Part shown: positions 22,655-32,893 of the stretch, piece by piece
Position numbering within the stretch: the first letter of the stretch is position 1
How the letters are laid out: each line of letters begins with the position of its first letter
Assembly: GCA_010093995.1 (NCBI GenBank)
Contig: ML992504.1
Span: 1,226,322 to 1,267,074, forward strand
Origin: Elsinoe ampelina
Taxonomy: Eukaryota
Direction: 5' to 3'
DNA: 40,753 bases
Made by a program: the position numbers and the translations under genes
The notes under the pieces: generated by a model
Databases searched by the model: none
Told to the model about the DNA's origin: nothing
Seen by the model: only the letters and a program-made list of their open reading frames with translations

Positions 22655-24440
22655 CTACTCCCTGGCGGAGCCGTCGGAGGGGGCCTCGACGGAGCAGCCC
22701 GTCAAGTCGACGAACTCCTCCATCGCCCCCTCCACCGACTCCTCCACCGCTTCCTCGGTGGCGGTGGTTGCTATACAGGTGTTAGTAATGAGGTAGTGTG
22801 AGCATTGGGAGCATCATGTGAGGCTTACCAGGCATGTTGTTGCTGTTGGGGATCAAGCCACTCAACATGGTGTCTTGCATGGCTGCGACACGCCACTCGG
22901 TGGTGTCTCCGTAAAGTCCAGCGCCGTGTCCAGACAAGTGGCGCAAGTCCCCATCATGGTTGCCATCCATAATGCTCTGCATGAGGTTGAGCGACGCACT
23001 ATGGATGCCGACGCTGCCAGGGTCGTGCTCGCTGTAGGGTGGAGGGGTGTCGTCAGAGTCTGGTGCCAGGATGGTCTCGGTGCGGAACCAGACGGCGCAA
23101 AAGTCGACTAGCTCTTGGTTGGTGGCGAGTTCCCTTGCTGAGAGTTCCGGGGAGCCGACGGGTGTGTTTTCTGGAACCCCGAGCTCTGGACGCTCAGTGG
23201 TATTGACGAAAGCTTCGGTCGCACGTGGTTGAGTGATAGGCACCTGATGATTGGCCTCGATCATGCCGTCGTACATGTTGCGGTGAGAGCCACTGAGGAG
23301 CCTCTCGACGTGCGCGGCCATAATGAATCCCATCTCCATCGTGTTCAGACCGGCACACTTGCCTTGGTGCTGCAAAGACAGAAGCGCATTGATGTACTCA
23401 ATCTTGGTGCCGGCTACATCGAAGTGTCTAGCAACGGCTTGCGCTTCGGTCTCCCCTCGGTTTCTGATGGCAAAGCTGAATGTGTCAGTGCAAGATTGGC
23501 AAAGGGGATAGGAGGTACTTACGGAAACAGATCGTGATCAACAGCGGGACAGACAGTGACGCGATGGTTGGGAAGATTGTCAGGGTCAAGTCCCATGTTC
23601 CTGACACGAAGGCGGAGGTCGACAAGTTCCCTCTCAGCCTGAGTGACGCTAGGCAAGAGACTGAATCTGCCGGTAGAAGTTGGGGTGCCGGGTGTAGATG
23701 CGCGACTCAGGTTGGGAAGCGTGGCGTTAGACAGCATGGGGGTCTGAGGGGCGACGCCGCGGGCAATGAGACTTGAGAAGCTTGGAAGGGAGGTCTGCTC
23801 ATGGATGACAGATGAGGTCTCGACATTGAATTCGTCATCAGTGTCAAGAGCAGTGTCGGCAACCGGCATGGCGGCGTAAGAGGTGAGAGCGTCGTCAGTG
23901 TGCTCGCCAGAACGGTCTTCATGAGCTTCCCCGGCAGTTTCGTCGTTTTCACTTTCGTCTTCGTCGTTGTTATCATCGTTGTCAGTGGTGTCGTCAAGGT
24001 CAGTGGGGATCTCAGACTCAGGCGTGTCCTGCTTGTTGGCGCGGCGCCTCACACGAGTGCGCTTAGGCGGACTCCCGTTGTGCTTGTTGGGGGACTTGCG
24101 CTTGAGGTTGGTAGCGTGAGAACCAGCTGGGGTGGATGGAGCGGCGACCGCATTGTTGGGATCACCTGGGGGAGGAACCTTCCTATTTACAGGTCAAACT
24201 CGCTCAGATGGGAAAGATGTCTACAACTTACCAGCTCTCGGAGACGTCGAATTCGGTGACACCGAATCCTGGACGCTCCTTGCAGGTACGGACGTGACGG
24301 CGAAGGAACCAGGCGTAGGCCCATTCCTTGCGCTCACCAGTTGCGTTGACGCAAAACTGACAGATCCTCTCGCACTTCTGGATGTAGAGGAGTCCTTCAG
24401 AAGCCCAATTGTGGACGTGGCTCGGAATGTCGCAAGGCAT
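22655..24440 (-). CDS. Unrecognised putative nuclear protein with an N-terminal CxxC..HxxxC zinc-finger-like motif. Exons 24440-24232, 24182-23523, 23475-22829 and 22770-22655.
   Basis: Three canonical introns (24183-24231, 23476-23522, 22771-22828; GTAAG..TGAC/CTAAC..AG) join separate ORF-track fragments into one open frame. It carries a basic NLS-like KRKSPNK..PPKRTRVRRR and an acidic tract. Confidence 0.75.
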
Positions 24441-25870
24441 GATCTTGGTATTTTCCTGAAAGAGACTGTCGCTTGTCGTCGATGTTGAGTCGCTTAAATG
24501 TGGCCAGTCCAGTGCTGAGAGATCCCGATAGCTCTTGCGATTGAGCGTCGATATGGTCGGAGCGGCGGCGACGGCGAAAGGCAGGCAATGTTACGAAAGT
24601 TAACTCACTTAGAAGAGGGATGTATCCCTGGGAATCCGTTCGCAAAATCCTCCTCTGAGCGCTGTGGCTCTTTACCGATCTTGAAAGGTGCAAATGAGCT
24701 TGAATAACTCCGAGAGATTGTCTTGTGGCGGAGCGCTGCAATGCAGCTTGATAAAGGGGAGTGGACGCAGTGAAGATACAAAGAGCGATTGATTTGTGAG
24801 ATGGAGTTGGTGAAGGTGGTGAGTTGAGAGCGAAGGAGGAAGAAGCTGCTGGCTCATAGATATTGAGCTTTGTGCGCACGATCCTGCTAGAGCTATAGCG
24901 GACTATCGTCGCAGATTGTCCGTAAGAGGCAAAGAACCTCGCTGTCGTTGCACGAATTTGATGCCAAGCCGAATTTGGCTATGCGCTTGGCCAATCAGAA
25001 TGCTAAGATAGGAAGTAAACTGGACATGATTGGCGGACGGCTCGTAAAGGTAGGTAAATGCCTCAGTGACAGCTCATCACGACCAGACTGTCGGTAGCGG
25101 TGGCAGGAAAGCGGGCCGAGCAGAGGGGGCGGAGAACGTTGGCACATCTGACATGTGAAATGGCCAACATGTACCAAGAATCATGGGGAGGTCATTGTCC
25201 TCGTACTGGTCGTGGATAGTGTAGAAGGTCAGAAGATATCTTCTGATGTTCTAGACAGATGGTGATGATTCATGGTGCTTCAGTCATGGCGAGTGTATAA
25301 CGTCGCAAGACCGCCGGCACATTACATAGGGACCCAGCAAGCTCGATACAACCCCTGCATTGGGCTTCCTTTGGAGGGCCACCACAGTCCATCAATATGT
25401 ATTCTTGCATGTGATTCCCACGTGAGGAGGCAAAAGAAACAGAAGAGCCACACTGTACCTTTCAACTCAAGGACATGTGATCATGCACTTTACAAAGTCA
25501 CATCAAAGCTGACATCAGCAGTCACTATCTATTTCATGTACACAGCGTTGGTGTTTGGGAAGCGTGAAAAGCGATGAAGAGATGAAGTCGAGAAGAAGCT
25601 CCGGGGGCAAGCCGGCAATTATGCCGCGTTTTCGGGGCCCGGCAGGCACCCAAGAGATGTCCCAGGCCCCCGCAGCCATCAAACGCAGGGACCCTTTGCG
25701 AAAGCCGCGGGATCTTTCGAAGACCCCCTCGACTGCCTGGCGTTAGTTAGTCTTCACCTTTCACTACAAGATGCTCTTTCAGCTTCACGCAATCCCACTG
25801 CCTCACACTTAGCCGTAGGCCATACGACAACCTCCACCTTGATTCCCCCGATCCTCACCACGACCTCACA

Positions 25871-26794
25871 ATGGCCTACCCACCCACTTACGCCCCAACG
25901 AGCACATACGCCGCCCGCATCCCCTCTCCACCACGAATCCTGATACCCGCCGCCCTCCCAGACTCACGAGTAACCACCGAATCAATCCCCTACAGCAACC
26001 CCCCATCCACCTCCCCCATCGCCCGAGTCTTCACCTCCGCCAGCCTCGACTGGACCTACACCCAACGACGCTCCGCCCAACCCATCCTCCCCCACCTGTA
26101 TCTCGGCCCGATCCAAGCAGCGAAAGACATCTCCTTCCTGCACACCGCCCACATAACCCTCCTCCTCGGCATCCGCCAATCCAACCCCTTCCAACTCGCC
26201 GCCCACAAAAAAGTCGCCCAACTAGCCTCGGACCTCCACATCCCCTCCGAGACCGTAGAAGCGGACACGCTCCCGCAACTCATCTCCTCGTTCGCCCGCA
26301 TAACCTCGATCATCAACACCCACACCTCCTCCCTCGCACCGGGCAAAGGTCGCGTGCTCCTCTTCTGCGAGTCAGGCAACGATCGCGGCGCCGGTGCGTG
26401 TGCCGCTTATCTCATGAGTGTGCTCGAGGGCGTGGATCATGTCAAAGCCATGCAGCTGGTGCAGGGGCAGAGGTTCTGCTGTAATTTCGACGAGGCGTTG
26501 AAGAGGTTGTTGCAGGGGTACTGGGATATCATTAGGGCGGAGAGGGAGGTGGGGAGGATGGGGTACCTCAGTCTGCAATCAGGGCCGGGTGCGGGAGCAG
26601 GTGCAGGTGCAGGCGTAGGCGTAGGAGAAGGGAATGAGAGGGGGAGAGGCAGAGCGGCGAAGAGAGGGCGGGAGAGGGATACCGACGCGGGTGCCGAGGA
26701 GGGGGGGATGCAGGGGATGGAAATGGAGATGCAGATGGATGAAGAGCGGTTCGGCGGGAGGAGCTGGGTGCCGTTTGTCGATGCGGAGACCTAG
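25871..26794 (+). CDS. Dual-specificity protein phosphatase family protein, single exon, 307 aa
   Basis: WTYTQRRSAQPILPHLYLGP and GRVLLFCESGNDRGAGACAAYLM (CX5R loop with Phe in place of the usual His), then AMQLVQGQRFC. Confidence 0.88.
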   Translation: MAYPPTYAPTSTYAARIPSPPRILIPAALPDSRVTTESIPYSNPPSTSPIARVFTSASLDWTYTQRRSAQPILPHLYLGPIQAAKDISFLHTAHITLLLGIRQSNPFQLAAHKKVAQLASDLHIPSETVEADTLPQLISSFARITSIINTHTSSLAPGKGRVLLFCESGNDRGAGACAAYLMSVLEGVDHVKAMQLVQGQRFCCNFDEALKRLLQGYWDIIRAEREVGRMGYLSLQSGPGAGAGAGAGVGVGEGNERGRGRAAKRGRERDTDAGAEEGGMQGMEMEMQMDEERFGGRSWVPFVDAET

Positions 26795-27219
26795 CAGGAC
26801 TCAGCTATGGATGGCGTAGTGGAGCACTGGAGGGTCCAGTACGTCTAGTGACCGCAAGAAGTCGGCGGTCGGTGAAGCGGTATGGATTGCTTCGAGGCCA
26901 TGACGGAGGCTCCGCTCACGCACGCTTCACAACATGAAGAAACGGCAGCATTCCTCGAGGAGTTCCGGGTAGTCGTTGGACCATTTCGCTCTGAACGAGG
27001 GTAACTGTGCACGGGACCGCAGTAGCGATTGGCTTTCACATTCGGCATGGTTTAGCAAGGCGTTTAGGACACAGCCAAAGGTGGCTCAGATACCCAGCAG
27101 TACTATTTCACAACAGCATCTTTTAGCATAGTGTGCATATCAAAACCACTCTCCAGTAATCCACACCATCCTCTCCCTCCTAAAACACATCCTCACATTC
27201 AAAAGTGCAAAATGCAATG

Positions 27220-27251
27220 TCCACGATCCACGATCCACGATCCACGATCCA
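27220..27251. repeat. 7-bp tandem repeat (TCCACGA)x4.5 downstream of SSN6
   Basis: The sequence reads tccacga tccacga tccacga tccacga tcca. Confidence 0.9.
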
Positions 27252-27619
27252 AAAGTTGAAAAAGAGGTCTCAATTAGCGACAGACATATCAATTGGTATC
27301 CCCTTCGCACCCTGAAGCGTATAATCTACCAAGTATGATCAAGAAAGGTGTTCATCGCCAATCATTTCCCCCCCTCCCAGTAATGTAAGGCTAAACATAT
27401 CTACGCCGCCCTCGTGGTTCCACCCCTGTGAAGCCCAGGTCGTGAAGAGAATTTCCCGTCCCTGCGCCGCCGATCGTCAAAGCATCAATCTATACCGCCC
27501 TCTCACTTTACATTGTTCGTGTTGCAAGCAACCGCCCTCCATGTGCTTGCTACCTACTGTCTGATACGCGTATCTTCCTGGGGCCCTCTCGGCGCCTCGC
27601 ATCGTTCCAGGCGCAGTCC

Positions 27620-30572
27620 CTACGACTCCGCAGCCGCCGCAGCAGCAGCAGGGACAGCGGAAGTAGCTGCCGCGCCAGCAGATGTCACGCCGTTCTGACC
27701 ATTGACGCTGGCGCCGCCAGGACTACCACGCTTGCTTTCTGCCTTGACGCTACCGACCTTCTCGTCACCACTGTCGTCATAGTTTTCGTCCATGTCAATC
27801 TTACGTGCAGCGGACTCGTATTGCTGCGGAGGTGGCTGAGGTGCTTGTGTGGGCGTTTGCTGCTGCGGTGGCGGGGCAGGAACGGCCTGCGCCGGTGTAG
27901 GGGTGGGCTGCTCGCGGCGCTCAAACTCCTTAGTTGCAGATGGAGGACCGGCAGAACGCGGAGATGGCTCATTCGAGTGGTTCATCGGAGGCAATGCCTG
28001 GTGGTGGGCAGCTTCTGATGGGCGATATCCTTCGTTGATAGGAGGTGGCTGATGATGTTGTGGAGGCGGTGGTGGTGGATCTGTTGGACCACCTCGTTGA
28101 GCGGGCGAGGACGGAATCTTGTCCGGTGGGGATGGCCGGCGGCTTGAGGCATCGGCGAGACGCTCACGCGAATCGTCACTGGCGTGCTTCTTCGAAGCGC
28201 TGTCCTCTTCCCACTCCCTGTGTCTCTTGGGAGGAGCCGTTGGTGGACGTTCTTCCCTTTCACGCGCGGCCGCTTCGGCTGCTTGGATGGCGGCAGCTGG
28301 AGGTGGCGCACCACCGGAGATGCTTGGAGGACCAGAGTGGGGGTGCTGCGAATACGGCTGACGTGGGTAGCCATTAGGGGATGGAGCTGCGCCATCACCC
28401 AGGATAGGTCGAATTTCAGGAGCTGGACTGGCGATCCTGCCAGCAGAGAATGGAGGACCTTGAGCCGGGTGAGGAGCGCCCATCGGACCTGGTGGACCAG
28501 AAGGTGGAGGGGGGCCATAGTTGGGATTCGCGACCCTGCTTGGAGGCGGCTGTGGTGCTTGATGTTGTTGCTGTTGGAGACCTGGTGGTGGAGGTGCCTG
28601 TGACGCTGATTGGTAAGGCGCAGGAGCGTTGTAAGGAACCTTTGGTGATGGCGATAGACCACGATGCGACGGTGGGGGTGGTCGCTGAAGATCGGCATAT
28701 GATTGCCGAGGAGGCTCGTGCCTGGGTGGACTTGGCTGTCGTGGAGGCACATTTCCGGCCAGACGATCGCGGCTATCATACGGGTTGAGCTGTTGTGGTG
28801 GTTGACTTGGGGTCTGGATGTCTGCAAGTCTGCGGTTCCAATCACTGCCAGGTGCACTAAGAGCTGGAGGGGGAGGTCCTGGGGGAGGTGCTTGATTAGG
28901 AGCAGCTCCAGGCCATTGAGGTCCAGGTGGCGCACCAAGCGCTCCGGGCTGGTAGGCTTGTGGGTGGATGTCCTGAGGATGAGGAGCAGATGCAGCAGGT
29001 GGGACACCATCCGAGGAACGTTCACCCTTGAGTAGGGCTAGTCGTGCCTTTATGTGCACATTGCTGGGATCAAGCTCAGCGGCGCGAGTGTATGCATCGA
29101 GAGCATCGGTGGTTTGATTGTTGCAAGATTCGTAGAGAGTACCCAGGTCGTACCATACTTCCGAAATGTTGGGGTTGAGCCGAATTGCTCGAGAGTATGC
29201 ATCAAGCGCATCGCGATATTGGTTGATCTGGTAGTATAGCACACCGATCGAGCACCAGAATGTTGGATTGCGACCGTCCCGGTAGACAGCTTGCTGGTAA
29301 GCTTCATACGCCTTGGGGTATTTTTGCTGCGACATGTAGCATCGACCGAGGAGGTACCAGCTCTGTGCATCCGTCTGGTCTGCAATGCTGTCAGTGGATT
29401 CCTCGTACTCAAAAACCGCATATCAACATACCTGCATTGACCGATTTCTCTAAATAGTGTATGGCCTGCTCTTGACTGCTGAAGCTCGTGCTTTGTTGAT
29501 GATGCAGCCAACCGAGCTGTTGGAGAACCTTTGCATGATCCGGGTCGCGATCGAGTACTCGCATATAGGCGGCCTTTGCGGCGTCGTACTACAAGGTGTC
29601 AGTCGCAAGTATGTATTGTCATGTTCGCGTTTGCCCTACATCTTTCTGTTGCTCGTGAACATGACCAATTTGGAACCAGATGTCTTCTTCGCTGAGAGGT
29701 CGTGGAGGATCGGATACTATATACTTGAAGCACTGCAAACGTTAGCGTAATCTCAGTGTGTGCGGACATCAGACATACCTCGAGCGATTGCTGGTACTTC
29801 TGCTGTTGCTTGTAGATTATGCCGAGTCGGAAGTAGATCTCGTTCGCCTTTTCAAAATTTGGCTCCATGCGCATAACCTGAGAGAAGGCCTCTTCCGCGT
29901 GCTCGAGAGAGCCGTATCTGTCATACAGTATTCCAATGCCATACCAAAGCTTTGGCTCCTGCTAAGGTCAGTAAGGATCTTTCGCGCCAGTTTGACACTG
30001 GATCACCGACCTTTGGATTCGGCAGATGATACAAGGCTTGCTGGTACGCAGAGTATGCCTTTTGAAGATCGTCCATCATGAGGTAGCAGTGACCTGAACA
30101 CGGTTGTCAATATTGTCCATACTTTTGTATTATGCTCTCTTCTTACCAAGACTACTCCACGTCTCCCCGTTGGTATGATCTATCCGAAGAATGCTCTGCA
30201 AGTACTCGACAGCAGCTGGGAACTGATCTTTCGATCGCAAGATGCATGAAATGGCAATCATCGCTGCCACTGAGTTTGGATTGAAGCTCAACGCGCGCTC
30301 ATAGGATTGTGTCGCGCTTTCGAGCTCGCCCATGAGTTCGGACACGCTTCCTATGGACGATTAGTGGTCGCGCATTAGTGGAGTGATATGGACAAGGACA
30401 TACCAAGCTGTAGCCAAATGTTTTCATTCTGCTGCACAAGAAATTGCGACGGCGTCTTTGCATTTGGTGGTGGGGGCTGCATGGGAATGTGACCATTCGG
30501 CTGTGGAGGGCGACCCTGGGATAGATGATGGGGATGAAGAGCCGCCGTGGGCGACCCTTGAGCGGCCATCAT
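27620..30572 (-). CDS. SSN6: General transcriptional corepressor Ssn6/Cyc8 (TPR repeats plus a Pro/Gln-rich tail), 7 exons. Introns 30351-30403, 30094-30146, 29959-30010, 29733-29778, 29589-29639 and 29380-29431.
   Basis: The spliced product contains ETWSSLGHCYLMMDDLQKAYSAYQQALYHL, EPKLWYGIGILYDRYG, EIYFRLGIIYKQQ, DIWFQIGHVHEQQ, QSWYLLGRCYMSQQKYPKAYEAYQQAVYRDGRNPTFWCSIGVLYYQINQYRDALDAYSRAIRLNP, and C-terminal ARKIDMDENYDD. Confidence 0.97.
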
Positions 30573-31914
30573 CGCAACTCGACGTCCTAAGAGCGAAGAG
30601 CGCGATGCGACAATGGGAGGTGATGGTAGAGGCGAGTCGTCAAAAGTGCTTGATGACCGAGATGGGGATCTTAAACTGGATCTTTACTGCAAGAACACGC
30701 TCGAGCGCAAGAGTCTGGGGCGGTGCCGAGGTGGAGTGAAGGTGAAGTGTGATTGGCTGGTGAATTAGCAGTGGACAATTGCTGGTGAAGGCACGTGTTG
30801 GGCCCTCGTGATATCAGCAGCTGAAGACGACTTCAAAGCTGGAGCCGGCGATATGACGGGGAGGGGGATGGCAAAGACGACAAGTCGAAAAGAAGCAAAA
30901 GAAGGACCGCAGCTGGGTTCAGGTTCCTCTCTCTCTCATTGCTCCACTGCGGTACGACGCATCGAAACGGGATCAGAAACCCTTACCCAGATTCTCAGCT
31001 ACTCAAAAGCCAGTCGCGAGCATTGACACTTCCAGTTGGTACCGATCCACCTGCAAAAAGCTCGTCACCGTCCCGGATGTCCCCACACAGTGAACACCCC
31101 CCCAAGCCTCCGCCCGCCGGATCCGTTACGGGTCACTCGTTGGCGCCGATTTGCGACCATGAAGCGTGGCCGAGAATGGCTTCTGTCAATCCAATAAGCA
31201 GCAGACTTTGGCATCATTAATTCAAACGTCTATTCTTCTCCTCGCATGCTGCCACGGGACGGATGAGGCTCGTTACACCGTTGCACTGGTGGTCCCCGTC
31301 TGATCATCCGTCGACGAACGCACGCTCGTCCCTACCGAGGATCTTTCCATGATTTTGTCTCAATTTACTGCCCGTTGAGATGGCGTTGATCGGGCGTCCG
31401 TATAGAAAAAGGCTTGATAATTGCAGTATACACAGGCGATGCGCTACACCATAAGTTACATTCTAGTGATGATCTACTGAGCCCACCCTTGACAGATCCC
31501 GATGTGTAGATCCCGGTCAGATGTCGGATGACCCCTGTCTCTCACACCAATCCAAGCATGCGCTAATCACCTTCAAGCAGGCCGCCAACATGGATCCTCG
31601 GACTCCTGATCAAGCAAATATAGAGGCCCTAATGCCTGCCCGAGTAAGACTGGTGTGACCATGCCTCGCGGGAGGCTTTTCCCCGGCACAGACGACCAAG
31701 GGGGATCTATCGTCAATGGCTTTGGAGGGCGTGAGGGCAAAGCGTGGGAGTGGAGCTCCGTCACCCGTGCGACCTCCGTGCGCCACCCAGAGCAGCCTCA
31801 GAACAGCCACCAATCAATCGGGGCTTGGCGCGGTATGCAAAAGCTTAGGCTTGATTGACGGTGCCTGCCGTGGTTGATTGGTCCCGAAAGTCATCCCTCC
31901 ACCTGCTTCTAGCC

Positions 31915-32861
31915 CTAAATCGAATAGCCGTAACCTTTGGAGACATCTGCGTTGAATTGGTCGAAATAAGATGCGGCGGTAGGCCCATTGTTGGTCCCGC
32001 TATAAGCAACACATTGCCAGGTATTACTGCTGGCAAAGTAGTGCAAGTCCAACGACTGGTATCCGTTGAAGGTCGCGGCGTAATCCGCACATCGATGAAT
32101 GGCTGCGTCATCGCAAAAGTTGCTCTCGATGTTAACAGATAATGAAGACCCACTGGTGCCTGGATTATTGACGTTCTCGGTATACTTGTCGCCGACATAG
32201 TACTGAGCGAATGTACCCACAGAACTACCGGCGTCGAGGGTCAGGCTGCTCCCTTGCACGACATTGGGGCAGGCGCCGGTGAAGGTTACTGAATTATGGC
32301 AATTTCCGCCACACATCTGCGAAGAGTCACCAGGGCAGACATAGTCGCACCCTGATGACTGAGTGGGTGGGACACTGGACCCACACCAGCACTGATTGGA
32401 ATACTGTGTACCGGCGTATAAGTAGCCGGCTTGCGCACATGCCAGCGCACATTGTAGAGGTGTGTTGGTACTCGAATCCGTTATTTGATAGGGTAGGTCC
32501 CGGAACGACGGACCATGACAATCTGAATAACATCCAAGATATGATATACCCGATGCTATTTGGTTGGTAGGTTGAGTGGTCGTGGTTGTTGAAGTCGTAG
32601 TAGTAGAGGTGGTAGTGGTCGTGGTAGGCATTGTCGTTGTCGTTGTTGTTGTAGTAGTATCAGTAGTAGTTGTGGTAGTAGTATCAGTAGTAGTTGTGGT
32701 AGTAGTATCGGTAGTAGTTGTGGTAGTAGTATCAGTAGTAGTTGTGGTAGTATCAGTGGTAGTTGTAGTAGTAGTATCAGCAGTAGTTGTACTAGTAGTA
32801 GTTGTACTGGAGGTAGTTGTACTAGTAGTAGTAGTTGTTGTATCAGTAGACGTTGTCATCG

Positions 32862-32893
<32 letters not shown>

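Noticed and set aside
24397..24879. 160-aa GTG-initiated minus-strand ORF upstream of the orphan gene
   Set aside because: No ATG and no recognisable motif; more likely 5' UTR or promoter sequence.
27982..29025. 347-aa His/Leu-rich alternative-frame ORF, and G-richness of the + strand here
   Set aside because: Off-frame reading of the Pro/Gln-rich Ssn6 tail. The G-richness is explained by Pro codons, so it was not counted as a skew island.
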